From: Opitutia bacterium
Lineage (GTDB): Bacteria > Verrucomicrobiota > Verrucomicrobiia > Opitutales > T3Sed10-336
Length of the DNA stretch: 64,000 nt
Reading direction: 5' to 3'
Assembly: GCA_050506795.1 (NCBI GenBank)
Contig: JBJHCF010000022.1
Coordinates: forward strand, 20,045 to 84,044
Position 1 is the first letter of the stretch. The number at the start of each line of letters is the position of its first letter. The position numbers and the translations under genes are program-made. Shown here in pieces: positions 19,475 to 29,423 of the stretch. The notes beneath the pieces were generated by a model, which worked only from the letters and a program-made list of their open reading frames with translations, did no database searches and was not told the DNA's origin.

Positions 19475-19903
19475 ACACGTCGACTTCGGCGGCAGAACTG
19501 ACCGACCGGCTGATAGGAAATGGCTTTTAGCCCTCCGGGACGTTGGCTCGGAGTTTGGAACTGCAAGCGGGCATTTTCCATACCGAATACTTGCATTTCG
19601 GGATTTTAGGGTCAATCAATTCCGGTAACTGGAAATTCGAATTCTGTGGTCGTGTTTCGGCTTTCGTACGTATTCCGGGTAAATAAATCCCGGACGCTCG
19701 GGTGCTTCGAAGGAGCTCGCAAATTGTGCGTTGGCGGCCGGGTTGGTTCCATCCGGAAGCGGTCCACGGAGGCGCGGTGAACAGGGCGTGCGTCCGCCAC
19801 TGCGGAGCGGCCGCCGGATTAGCACGGTGGATATGTAAAAGGCCTTCGGGCACGAGGTGGTTTTTAGGTTGATATCCGGTGGGAGGATGGCAGCCTGCTA
19901 ATC

Positions 19904-20839
19904 ATGGAACGTCGCTCCTTTCTAAAGGCTTTTTCCGCCGGTGCGGCCGGCGGGGTACTGCTCCCGGCTCTGGCCTCGGCCTCGCAGAACGGCACTGGGT
20001 CATCTTCCGGTCAGGTGACGTTGGGGATATCGAGTTATTCGTACTGGCATTTTGATCCTGAGCGCACACCGATCCGGTATGTTATCGAGGAAGCGTCGAG
20101 GCTTGGGGTCCACGGGGTGGACATTTTGCACCGGCAGATGGAAAGTGAGGATTCGGCTTATATTCGGGCCCTTAAAAGACATGCCCTGGTTCACGGAGTC
20201 GCCCTGAATTGTCTATCGACCCACCAGAACTTTGTCAGTCCCGAGCCTGAAGTTCGCCAGCGCAGCATCGATGCGACCAATCGATTCATCCGGCTGGCGC
20301 ATGATTTGGGCATTCCTTGCATTCGTATCAGTGCCGGCCGGTGGAACACGACCGGTTCGTTCGCTGAATTGATGCGATTGGAGGGCAAGGAGCCGCCGAT
20401 CGAGGGTTATACCGAGGACGACGCTTTCGGTTGGTGCATTGAATCTCTCGAAAAATGCGTTCCGGTTGCTGAAGAGCACGGAGTGGTTCTCGCTCTCGAA
20501 AACCATTGGGGCATGACACGCACCGCCGAGGGAGTGCTTCGAATCATGAACGCGGTCGATTCCCCCTGGCTGCGGGTCCTGATGGATACGGGAAACTTTC
20601 TGGAGAGAACCTACGAGCAGCTCGAGATGATCGCTCCCTACACCGTTTTCGTGCAGGCGAAAACCTATTACGGCGGCGGGCGTTTTTATACGCTGGACAT
20701 TGATTATGACCGGGTCGCCGCCATCCTAAACAAGGTCGGTTACAAAGGGTACGTCGCCGTGGAATTTGAAGGCCATGCCCCGGCCGAAGAAGGGGTTTCC
20801 CAGAGTATTGATTTGTTGAGAAGGTCGTTCAGGCTGTAG
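19904..20839 (+). CDS. Sugar phosphate isomerase/epimerase (xylose isomerase-like TIM barrel) with Tat signal
   Basis: ERRSFLK Tat motif; LALENHWG, LMDTGNF, QAK, VEFEG. Confidence 0.9.
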   Translation: MERRSFLKAFSAGAAGGVLLPALASASQNGTGSSSGQVTLGISSYSYWHFDPERTPIRYVIEEASRLGVHGVDILHRQMESEDSAYIRALKRHALVHGVALNCLSTHQNFVSPEPEVRQRSIDATNRFIRLAHDLGIPCIRISAGRWNTTGSFAELMRLEGKEPPIEGYTEDDAFGWCIESLEKCVPVAEEHGVVLALENHWGMTRTAEGVLRIMNAVDSPWLRVLMDTGNFLERTYEQLEMIAPYTVFVQAKTYYGGGRFYTLDIDYDRVAAILNKVGYKGYVAVEFEGHAPAEEGVSQSIDLLRRSFRL

Positions 20840-21120
20840 TAATTTTTGGTTTTTTCCATCACCGTTTTTTATGGATAAATTGTCATCGAGACTGCGGGGG
20901 TGGAGTCCGGTTGCGCCGCGCCGTTGTCCGGATGAAGGAGTCGAATCTGTTCACTGGGCGCCGATCGCTGAACTGAGAGGGTGCCCGGATATTGCCGAAA
21001 AAAGCAAAAAACTCTCCGATAATGTCAAAGCAATGGCTTCTTGAACCTGTTATGCTGGCGGGCATAAGCTTCCAGTTCCCTTAGCTGTTAATAACTCACC
21101 AACACGTAATTCATTTTCGC

Positions 21121-23001
21121 ATGTCCTCCTTGCTTGATCGCATCGCAATCTGTAGCTGGTCGCTGCAACCGGACAGTGCCGACGCACTTTTCAACCAGGT
21201 AAGATCAGCTGGAATTCCTCGTATCCAGCTGGCTCTTGACCCATTGCGACTGGATCCGGACGGTTGGGATTGTTTTCTTGAACGCTGTAAGGATAACGAA
21301 ATCGAGATCGTTTCGGGCATGTTCGTCACGGAGGGCGAGGATTATTCGTCTCTGGAGTCGATCCGTCGCACCGGGGGCATTGTTCCTGATGCCACTTGGG
21401 AGACAAACCTGAAAAATATTCGGTCCAACGCCGAAATCGCCGCCGCGTTCGGCTTGAATCTGGTGACCTTTCACGCAGGTTTTATGCCTCACGATCCCGG
21501 CGATCCTGATTTTGAAGTTCTGATTGGACGAGTCCGGGAGGTCGCTGACATCTTTGCGGCGAAGGGAATTGAGATTGCTCTCGAAACCGGACAGGAGGAT
21601 GCCGAAACCCTCAGTTTGTTTTTAAAGGAACTGGCCCGGGCCGATGTAGGGGTTAATTTTGATCCGGCCAACATGTTGCTCTATGACAAGGGGGATCCGA
21701 TCAACGCATTGCGCGTCCTGAGCCCGTGGTTGAAACAATGCCACATCAAGGACGCGAAGAAAACCCTTCAGACCGGCACCTGGGGAGAGGAGGTTCCGGT
21801 GGGCGCCGGAGAGGTCGACTGGCCATCCTTTTTCAGCACGCTTCGTGAAGTCGATTTTACCGGCTATTGCGCAATTGAGCGGGAGGCGGGGGAGGAGCGC
21901 CTGAAGGATATTCGGACCGCGTGGGAATTCGTCGCTCCCCTGATTGGCGACCGAGCTGCGCTGATCCGTTCGGCGTCACCCGTTCGGATCGGGATTGTCG
22001 GTTCCGGTTTCATGGCGGCGACACATATCAAGGCTTACCAGAGACTGGAGGGCGCGAGAATCGTGGCGCTTTGCAATCCCAGCGGCCGGAACCTCGATGG
22101 AGATTTCTCACGTGTCACTGGAAATATCGGTTCCTCCGATCCGGTGCGCCTGGATATGACGGGTGTCGAGACCTATCGTGATTTTGAACGGATGCTGGCC
22201 AACCCGTCGATCGACCTGGTTGATATCTGCTCGCCCACCCGCACTCACACGGCACTCACGGTTGCGGCCCTTCAAGCGGGCAAACACGTGCTTTGTGAAA
22301 AACCGATCGCCAGGAGAGCCGAGCAGGCCCGGAAGATGGCCAAAGCCGCGCGCGAGTCGTCGTCGTATTTCATGCCCGGCATGTGCCTGCGGTTTTGGCC
22401 GGAGTGGGCGTGGCTCAAGCGGACGATTGCGGAGAATCGCTACGGTAAAGTATTGGCGGCTCGCTTTCGGCGTGTCGCGGAGCCGCCGGCGTGGGGGCAA
22501 GCCAACTACTTTTCCGGGGAACACTCCGGTGGCGCCTTGTTCGATTTGCACGTGCACGATACCGATTTCGTCCAGTACTGTTTCGGCAGGCCGCTTTCCG
22601 TCTTTTCCAGCGGATACTCGAAATTCAGCGGGGCGATCGATCACGTCGTCACCCAATATACCGTGCCCGGCGGCGGCATGATTTACGCCGAGGGTGGTTG
22701 GGCCATGACCCCCGGATTTGGTTTCAGCATGGCTTATACGGTCAACTTTGAACGCGCCACGGCCGATTACGACATCACCCGAACAGAGGCGCCCCTGCGG
22801 CTTTTTGAGGAGGGTCAACCGCCGCGTGACGTTCGATGCGGAAGCGACGACGGGTATTTTCTGGAACTCAAGTCTTTCCTGGATTCGATCCGTTCCGGAA
22901 AAGCTCCCTCGGTGGTTACTCCGGAGGACGGGGTGGTATCCCTGGAAATCTGTGAAGCCGAAGAAAAATCGGTGCAATCTGGTCGACCGGTGTCCCTCTA
23001 A
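21121..23001 (+). CDS. Fusion of a sugar phosphate isomerase/epimerase and a Gfo/Idh/MocA oxidoreductase
   Basis: LETGQE, NFDPAN, HIKD, IERE in the first ~275 aa; then IGIVGSGFMA, HVLCEKP, SGGALFDLHVHD. Confidence 0.88.
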   Translation: MSSLLDRIAICSWSLQPDSADALFNQVRSAGIPRIQLALDPLRLDPDGWDCFLERCKDNEIEIVSGMFVTEGEDYSSLESIRRTGGIVPDATWETNLKNIRSNAEIAAAFGLNLVTFHAGFMPHDPGDPDFEVLIGRVREVADIFAAKGIEIALETGQEDAETLSLFLKELARADVGVNFDPANMLLYDKGDPINALRVLSPWLKQCHIKDAKKTLQTGTWGEEVPVGAGEVDWPSFFSTLREVDFTGYCAIEREAGEERLKDIRTAWEFVAPLIGDRAALIRSASPVRIGIVGSGFMAATHIKAYQRLEGARIVALCNPSGRNLDGDFSRVTGNIGSSDPVRLDMTGVETYRDFERMLANPSIDLVDICSPTRTHTALTVAALQAGKHVLCEKPIARRAEQARKMAKAARESSSYFMPGMCLRFWPEWAWLKRTIAENRYGKVLAARFRRVAEPPAWGQANYFSGEHSGGALFDLHVHDTDFVQYCFGRPLSVFSSGYSKFSGAIDHVVTQYTVPGGGMIYAEGGWAMTPGFGFSMAYTVNFERATADYDITRTEAPLRLFEEGQPPRDVRCGSDDGYFLELKSFLDSIRSGKAPSVVTPEDGVVSLEICEAEEKSVQSGRPVSL

Positions 23002-23017
23002 TATCCTTAATTACTTT

Positions 23018-23809
23018 ATGAAAAAGCAAAACCACTTCCTTTTCACACGGGATCTTCCGCGGATGTCCTCACTTGTTATCGCGATTATGACCACCGGTGC
23101 AGTCGCTGCTACGGCCTTGGGCAATGACACGTCAGAGCAGGAAGGCTGGGTTTCATTGTTCAACGGCGAAAACCTTGATGGATGGCGCGTTTCCGAGGCC
23201 GCCGCCCAGTCGTGGAGCGTGATCGATGGCGTGATCGATTGTGATCCCAGAACAACCATATCCGGCGAGCGGGATATTTGGAGCGAGGACACCTTTGGCG
23301 ATTTTATTCTCTACGCCGAGTGGCGTCTCACAGGCACCCCAACCGTCGAGACCTGGCCGTTGATCGCGCCTGATGGCGGGCATGTCAGGGATGATACCGG
23401 TGCCGTGGTTACGGCGACTTTTCCCAATGCTGATTCCGGGATTTATCTGCGGGGAATGTCGAAGGCGCAGGTTAATATCTGGAACTGGCCGATCGGGTCG
23501 GGGGAAGTCTGGGGGTACCGTACGGACGAGAATATGCCTCCCGAAGTCCGCGCCGGCGTAACCCCAAGTGTCCGGGCTGATAATGAGCCCGGGGAGTGGA
23601 ATACTTATGTCGTCACGATGATTGGTGATCGCCTTTCGGTCTTGTTGAATGGTCAGGTAGTGATCAATGGTGCTCAGTTGCCGGGAGTTGCCGATGAAGG
23701 CCCCATCGGCCTCCAGTATCATGGCGGATTTAATCATGAGACGGGTGAATACGGTCCGGCTTCCAGTTTGGTGCAGTTTCGCAATTTATTCGTGAAAGCA
23801 TTGGATTGA
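23018..23809 (+). CDS. DUF1080 (3-keto-glycoside hydrolase/hydratase-like) secreted protein
   Basis: GWVSLFNGENLDGW, FGDFIL, DSGIYLRG, GEWN, GPIGLQYHG, VQFRNLFVK; start trimmed to ATG 23018. Confidence 0.92.
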   Translation: MKKQNHFLFTRDLPRMSSLVIAIMTTGAVAATALGNDTSEQEGWVSLFNGENLDGWRVSEAAAQSWSVIDGVIDCDPRTTISGERDIWSEDTFGDFILYAEWRLTGTPTVETWPLIAPDGGHVRDDTGAVVTATFPNADSGIYLRGMSKAQVNIWNWPIGSGEVWGYRTDENMPPEVRAGVTPSVRADNEPGEWNTYVVTMIGDRLSVLLNGQVVINGAQLPGVADEGPIGLQYHGGFNHETGEYGPASSLVQFRNLFVKALD

Positions 23810-23895
23810 GCCGACTCCTGCCAGGTTCGGAGAATCGAGAAAATCGTGTGTGGTCTAGCCGTGCTGAGATCTGGATACAGAGGGAGATAAGAAAG

Positions 23896-25371
23896 ATGAA
23901 AGAGCTCAAAAAGTGCGTAGGGTTCACCTTGTTTGGGCGAGTAATCAAGGGCCTTTTAACCACGCCAATGCTCTTTTTCGGCACAGAAACCGCCGCCGAA
24001 TCTTCCGCGAACAGCGATAGGCCGAATGTCTTATTTATTGCCATCGACGATTGGCGCAACGACTTGCACGCGCTTGGAGTGGACCATGTGCAAACGCCCT
24101 ACATGGATCGGTTCGCGGAGGAAAGCGTCCTTTTCAGTCAGCATTATGTCCAGGTGCCGACGTGCGGCGCGTCGCGAGCCACTTTACTGACCGGTTTGCG
24201 TGGTCCCCAGGCCGGGATGGGCAACAACGCCATACGTGAAAACCACGCTGATTGGGGCGGTCGCGTGCTTCCCCGCGTGTTTCGTCAACACGGGTACCAA
24301 ACATTGGCGCTTGGAAAAATCACCCATTATCCCGGCGGTCTTGCAGGCGCGAACTGGGCCAGCCCTCCGGAGGAGTTGCCGGATGCGTGGGATCGAAGTT
24401 GGGTTCCGGAGGACAGCCCATGGGAATCGCCGGAAGCCATGATGCATGGGTATGCGAACGGCGTTCCGCGTGACCGCGGCAACTCGCCCGCGTGGGAGGC
24501 GCACGACGGACCCGACAAGAGTTATCCCGACGGATGGGTCGCCGAGGAGGCGGTGGAGGTCTTGAACCGCTTGGCCGAATTGGACCAACCCTGGTTTTTT
24601 GGCGTCGGCTTCTTTAAGCCGCATTTGCCATTTGCCGCGCCAAAAAAATACTTCGACCTGTATGACCCGCACGAGATTCCCGCGCCGATTGACACCGCGC
24701 GTCACCCCGCCCCCTCCAGTTGGAATAGAAGCGGTGAATTGATGGGCAATTACGGACACGACGGGAAGGATCCGTACAGCGATGAAGTGTACGCGCGCAC
24801 CCTTCGCCATGCGTACGCGGCGTCCACGTCGTATGTGGACGCGCAGGTGGGAAAAGTCCTGGAGCGGGTGCGTGAACTGGATCTGATGGACGACCTTATC
24901 ATCGTGATCTGGAGCGACCACGGCTTTGCGCTCGGAGAACGCGGCACATGGGCCAAACACAATCTGTACGAAGCCGCTGTCCGCTCGCCCCTGCTCATCC
25001 GCTATCCGGGCATGGAGCGTGCCGGCTCCCTGTGCCACGCCACCGTCGAAACGGTCGATCTCTTTCCCACCTTGACGGAACTGGCCGGACTTCCCGCCCC
25101 CGAAGGCATTTACGGAACCTCCTTGAAACCCCTGCTGGACAATCCCGAAGCTCCATCGCTCAAACCCGCATTTTCCCACTGGAGAGGCGAAGAAACCGTT
25201 CGCGATGATCGCTGGCGTATGATCGTGCAAGGTTCGGCCGCTGGTGACGACATCAGTGGTATTGAACTCTTCGATTTTGAAGAATCGGTGGAAGGCGTTC
25301 GCGTCGATCCCGACGACCACCCCGAGGTCGTCGAGCGCCTTTTGGATGCACTCATAACCCAGTTTGACTGA
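23896..25371 (+). CDS. Sulfatase (S1, iduronate-2-sulfatase-like)
   Basis: PNVLFIAIDD, CGASRATLLTG (CxAxR variant), GKITH, KPHLPF, WSDHG, WAKH; start codon uncertain. Confidence 0.92.
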   Translation: MKELKKCVGFTLFGRVIKGLLTTPMLFFGTETAAESSANSDRPNVLFIAIDDWRNDLHALGVDHVQTPYMDRFAEESVLFSQHYVQVPTCGASRATLLTGLRGPQAGMGNNAIRENHADWGGRVLPRVFRQHGYQTLALGKITHYPGGLAGANWASPPEELPDAWDRSWVPEDSPWESPEAMMHGYANGVPRDRGNSPAWEAHDGPDKSYPDGWVAEEAVEVLNRLAELDQPWFFGVGFFKPHLPFAAPKKYFDLYDPHEIPAPIDTARHPAPSSWNRSGELMGNYGHDGKDPYSDEVYARTLRHAYAASTSYVDAQVGKVLERVRELDLMDDLIIVIWSDHGFALGERGTWAKHNLYEAAVRSPLLIRYPGMERAGSLCHATVETVDLFPTLTELAGLPAPEGIYGTSLKPLLDNPEAPSLKPAFSHWRGEETVRDDRWRMIVQGSAAGDDISGIELFDFEESVEGVRVDPDDHPEVVERLLDALITQFD

Positions 25372-25408
25372 AGCGCAGCCGCACGGAGGTCGTAGGGGTT
25401 CGCTTGCG

Positions 25409-25576
25409 CTCCGGCGTGACAGCCTTGTTCTTCGCGTTGCTGCGAGGCGAAGGTAATTCGATGGCCTGCCAAGCCGTAGCCTCGCAGCCGAAAGGTGCGT
25501 GGGGTCCGCCTGCGCTCCGCTGTCGCGGAGTCTCCGGCGTGACAGCCTTTGCTCTTCGCGTTGCTGCGAGCGAAGG
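25409..25576. repeat. Two ~45-bp imperfect direct repeats with internal hairpins abutting the tRNA 3' end
   Basis: ctccggcgtgacagccttgttcttcgcgttgctgcgaggcgaagg (25409-25453) and ctccggcgtgacagcctttgctcttcgcgttgctgcgagcgaagg (25532-25576). Confidence 0.8.
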
Positions 25577-25577
25577 C

Positions 25578-25653
25578 TGGTGGAGCCGATCGGGATCGAA
25601 CCGACGACCTCTACAATGCCATTGTAGCGCTCTTCCAACTGAGCTACGGCCCC
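25578..25653 (-). tRNA. tRNA-Ala (GGC)
   Basis: Reverse complement GGGGCCGTAGCTCAGTTGGAAGAGCGCTACAATGGCATTGTAGAGGTCGTCGGTTCGATCCCGATCGGCTCCACCA: 76 nt, G3-U70 pair, GGC anticodon, GTTCGA, encoded CCA. Confidence 0.98.
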
Positions 25654-25964
25654 ATTTTCCAAAGGAAAGATTAATTAGAAATGGATCGGCGTTACTCGTC
25701 AACCTTCAAGCTCGAAAAAAAATCCGTCGATCCGGTTTGACCGGTGAAGGCGGAGGTCATAGGTTTGAATTGAACATCCTGGAGGGTTCGAGCGTGTTTT
25801 TTAGAGCGCTCTTTGCCTTATTTCTCTAATTATGGGAGCTGGCCCCTGGGAATGAATGTCGGGCCGTAAACCGGAAGGCAGACGTTTTCAGGAAAGCACC
25901 CACTTGTCCATCAAGGGACAAGAGCGAAATAACACACGGCCCAACCGGGATGTTCTTTTTTACC

Positions 25965-26813
25965 TCAATCGACTTCGTAGCCGATCAGGGTGATTCCGCG
26001 CCGTTCGGCGTCGCGCACGACCTTGTCCTTTTCCAGCATGATCGTGTTTTCGGCCTCCAATGCTGCCATTGAAATTCCGGCTTCCTCCAGTACTTCGAGG
26101 GTGCGCAGGCCGAACATGGGAACGTCAAAGCGATAATCCTGATTTGGTTTCACCGTTTTAACGAATAGGGCTTCGTTGGTTTTGAATTCTCCGGCGCGGT
26201 AGAGCATGGCGTCGGTCCCTTCAAACGCTTCGACCGCCAGCACCGTGCCCTTGCGCACCACCACGCCCTGGCCGATGTCGAGCCGGGCGACTTCTTTGGC
26301 GATGCGAATTCCGTGTTCGAGGTCGTGGGGCTCCGGACGGCGTTTGCCGCGTGCCATCAAACCGGGGGTGGCGACGTGGTTATCGAGAAATACCCGGGCG
26401 TCGAGTTGTTTTACCCCGATTTTCCGGATCTCTTCTGCCACCGCACCGAAAATGGTCTCGGCATTTCTTTCCTTGAGCGATGTCAGGATGGCCACCGCCT
26501 TCAGGTCCGGGTGCAAGCCGCGGAAGAGTCTCCGAGGTGTGATCCGTCCCGCCATCACGACGTAATTGGCCTCCAGGCGGCGAAGATTTTTCAGCATCTT
26601 CCCCAGTTGCCCGACCTTGATAACGGCGCGCTCGGTTTCGTGGAAGGCATCGACCAGGGAGTGATCGGTTTCCTCGTGGAAACCGATTAGTCGCACCGGA
26701 ATTGAGTGCTCCCGCAGGGCCGCCACGACCATGGCGGGGTATGCCCCCTGTCCGGCCATCACGACGACCGGACCGCGGGTGTCGAAATCCGGCGGCAGAA
26801 AACGTGAGATCAT
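25965..26813 (-). CDS. lpxI: UDP-2,3-diacylglucosamine diphosphatase LpxI (DUF1009)
   Basis: AGQGAYP, VGQLGK, LDIGQGVVV, VLAVEAFEGTD, KPNQDYRFDVP. Confidence 0.92.
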   Translation of the reverse strand: MISRFLPPDFDTRGPVVVMAGQGAYPAMVVAALREHSIPVRLIGFHEETDHSLVDAFHETERAVIKVGQLGKMLKNLRRLEANYVVMAGRITPRRLFRGLHPDLKAVAILTSLKERNAETIFGAVAEEIRKIGVKQLDARVFLDNHVATPGLMARGKRRPEPHDLEHGIRIAKEVARLDIGQGVVVRKGTVLAVEAFEGTDAMLYRAGEFKTNEALFVKTVKPNQDYRFDVPMFGLRTLEVLEEAGISMAALEAENTIMLEKDKVVRDAERRGITLIGYEVD

Positions 26814-26871
26814 ACCGGCGTTGTCGGGTGACGACGACGCCGGGGGTCTGACGGCGGTTTTTTACAACCGG

Positions 26872-28176
26872 TCATGCCTTGGCCAGCGCCTGATCGATAT
26901 CGGCCTGAATGTCCTCGAAATCCTCGATACCCAATGCCAGGCGAACGAAGTCGTCGGTGACCCCTGTTGTCGCCTGTTCGTCGGGAGTCAACTGCGAGTG
27001 GGTGGTGCTGGCAGGGTGAATCGCCAGGGACTTCGCGTCGCCGATGTTCGCCAGGTGACTGAAAAGGTGGAGGTTCTCGATAAATTTGCGCCCGGCGTCA
27101 TGTCCGCCCTTGATGCCGAATCCGACCAGCGGACCATATCGGCCGCCCAGGTACTTTTGGGCGGCGGAGTGGCTCGGGTGGTCTTTCAGACCCGGATAGT
27201 TCACCCAGGCGACCTTGTCATGGCCGGCCAGGAACTCAGCGGTCTTCAGGGCGTTCTCGCAGTGCCGTTCGATGCGCAGGTGCAGGGTTTCCGCTCCCTG
27301 GAGGAAAAGGAAGGCGTTGGTCGGGGACATGCAGGCGCCCATGTCGCGCAACAGTTGCAGGCGCATCTTCATGATGTAGGCGATGTTGATGCCGCCGAAC
27401 GGCTCAAACGCCTGGAAGGCGTCCCAGTGCACCAGTCCGTGGTAACTCGGGTCCGGCTCGATGAAATCGGGGAATTTGCCGTTGCCCCAGTTGAAGTTCC
27501 CGCCGTCGACCACCATCCCTCCGATCGAAGTGCCGTGACCGCCGATGTACTTGGTGGTGCTGTGGACCACGACGTTGGCGCCCCATTCGATAGGGCGGCA
27601 GATAATGGGGGCCGCGGTGTTGTCGATCACCAGCGGCAGTTCCGCTTCGATTGCGATTTTCGCCACTTCTTCGAAGGGAAAAATGTTCAGGCGCGGGTTG
27701 CCGATGGTTTCCCCGAAAAGGAGTTTGGTGTTCGGTTTGATGGCCTTGCGGAAGGAATCGGGGTCCTCCGCGTCGACGAAGGAAACCTCGATGCCCAGCT
27801 TGGGCAGGGTGTAGTGAAAGAGATTGTAGGTGCCGCCGTAAAGCTGGGAGACGGACACGATGTGATCGCCCGAGCGGCAGATGTTGAGGATGGAGTTGGT
27901 CACCGCCGCCGAACCGCTGGAGTGGGCGAGGCCGGCGACCCCGGATTCGAGCGCGGCGATGCGCTTTTCCAGGACGTCCACCGTCGGGTTCATGATCCGG
28001 GTGTAGATGTTACCCAGTTCCTTCAGTCCGAAAAGATTGGCCGCGTGCTCGGTGTCGCGGAAGACGTAGCTGGTCGTCTGGTAGATCGGTACGGCGCGGG
28101 CTCCGGTGGTGGGATCGGGTTCCTGCCCGGCGTGAACGGCTTTGGTGCCAAGACCTTTGATGGAGTTTTTCGACAT
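26872..28176 (-). CDS. metY: O-acetylhomoserine/O-acetylserine sulfhydrylase
   Basis: [42 protein letters not shown] (PLP Lys), [20 protein letters not shown]. Confidence 0.95.
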   Translation of the reverse strand: MSKNSIKGLGTKAVHAGQEPDPTTGARAVPIYQTTSYVFRDTEHAANLFGLKELGNIYTRIMNPTVDVLEKRIAALESGVAGLAHSSGSAAVTNSILNICRSGDHIVSVSQLYGGTYNLFHYTLPKLGIEVSFVDAEDPDSFRKAIKPNTKLLFGETIGNPRLNIFPFEEVAKIAIEAELPLVIDNTAAPIICRPIEWGANVVVHSTTKYIGGHGTSIGGMVVDGGNFNWGNGKFPDFIEPDPSYHGLVHWDAFQAFEPFGGINIAYIMKMRLQLLRDMGACMSPTNAFLFLQGAETLHLRIERHCENALKTAEFLAGHDKVAWVNYPGLKDHPSHSAAQKYLGGRYGPLVGFGIKGGHDAGRKFIENLHLFSHLANIGDAKSLAIHPASTTHSQLTPDEQATTGVTDDFVRLALGIEDFEDIQADIDQALAKA

Positions 28177-28260
28177 GGCATTCATCAAAACGGCTCTCCG
28201 ACGCTAGTCAAGAAATCCGGTTCCGGGACGGCGGCCATTTCTTCGAATGGCGGCCGGGTG

Positions 28261-29376
28261 TTATGGCATCACGACCAGGGCGTCGCGGTGCACGACCTCC
28301 AGGCGTTTGCGGCGGGGATGGATCGCTTGCAGTTCGGTGGCCTTCTTTCCCAGGATGTCGCGGACCTCGTCCGCACTGTACCGGCTGACCCCGCGGGCGA
28401 AGATCTGGCGATCCCGGTGCCCGGCAATATTGACGATGTCGCCGGATTGAAAGTTTCCCTGGACCTCCTTGACGCCGATGGCGAGGAGGCTGGAACCGCT
28501 TTCGCGGAGGGCCCGCTGCGCGCCGTCATCGACCAGGACGGTCCCATGCGGCCGTTCGAAAAACGCCAGCCACCGTTTTTTGGCTTCCATGGGCAGGCCG
28601 CTGGGGACGAAGAAGGTTCCCTGGGCTTCGCCGCGCAGCAGGCGGGGAATGATATCGGTTTCGGAGCCAGAGGCGATGAATACGCCGCAACCGGAGCGGT
28701 TGGCGATTCGGGCGGCGCCGATTTTGGTGATCATGCCGCCGACCGCGGTCGCGCTCTTGGTGCCGCCGGCGAGGCGTTCTATTTCCGGAGTGATCTTTTC
28801 AACCACCGGCACGACCGCTCCCTCCTTGTCGAGGTCCATCAAGCCGGGGACGGTGGAAAGGATAAACAAGAAGTCGGCGTTGGTGAGACTGGCGACCATG
28901 GCGGAAAGGACGTCGTTGTCGCCGAACTTGATCTCGGCTGCGCTGACGGAATCGTTTTCGTTGACCACCGGTACCACCCCTTCGCTCAGGAGATGGTTCA
29001 GGGTGTTTCTGGCGGCGATGTGCCGGGGGCGGGAACGCAGGTCGTCGCGGGTAACCAGGAGTTGGCCGACGTGGGTGTCGAAAGGCTCGAAGCCTTGCTG
29101 CCAGAGCTGGATCAGGATGCTTTGGCCAATGGCGGCACAGGCCTGGAGACGTTCGAGCTTTTGCGGACGCCTTTTGAGTCCCAGACGGGCCATTCCCAGG
29201 CCGACCGCACCGGAACTGACCACGATAACATCGGCGCCCTGACCGCGAAGGTCATTGATCTGCCGGCATATCTCGGCAATGCGCGAAGTATCGATGCCGG
29301 CGGTTTCGTTGGTGAGAATGCCGGTTCCGAGTTTTACGACCACACGCCGTGGGCTCAGAGGAAACGTGCTCTGCAT
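28261..29376 (-). CDS. proB: Glutamate 5-kinase with PUA domain
   Basis: VVKLGT, VSSGAV, AAIGQ, NENDSV, FGDND, GGMITKI; start codon uncertain. Confidence 0.95.
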   Translation of the reverse strand: MQSTFPLSPRRVVVKLGTGILTNETAGIDTSRIAEICRQINDLRGQGADVIVVSSGAVGLGMARLGLKRRPQKLERLQACAAIGQSILIQLWQQGFEPFDTHVGQLLVTRDDLRSRPRHIAARNTLNHLLSEGVVPVVNENDSVSAAEIKFGDNDVLSAMVASLTNADFLFILSTVPGLMDLDKEGAVVPVVEKITPEIERLAGGTKSATAVGGMITKIGAARIANRSGCGVFIASGSETDIIPRLLRGEAQGTFFVPSGLPMEAKKRWLAFFERPHGTVLVDDGAQRALRESGSSLLAIGVKEVQGNFQSGDIVNIAGHRDRQIFARGVSRYSADEVRDILGKKATELQAIHPRRKRLEVVHRDALVVMP

Positions 29377-29423
29377 TGAAAGTGTTTGTCCGGGGCGATT
29401 TCGCGCGCCCGGAGTCGGAGAGG

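Noticed and set aside
25409..25576. Possible mini CRISPR array
   Set aside because: Only two imperfect repeats with a 78-nt structured spacer, and no cas genes in the window.
24184..25662. 492-aa minus-strand ORF
   Set aside because: Runs through the tRNA-Ala and antisense to the sulfatase; its N-terminus is translated tRNA.
28189..28260. SAM riboswitch upstream of metY
   Set aside because: The gap is only about 70-85 nt and I could not see SAM-I/II consensus elements.
26731..29379. 882-aa plus-strand ORF
   Set aside because: Antisense shadow of metY and proB; no recognisable motifs; expected in GC-rich coding DNA.
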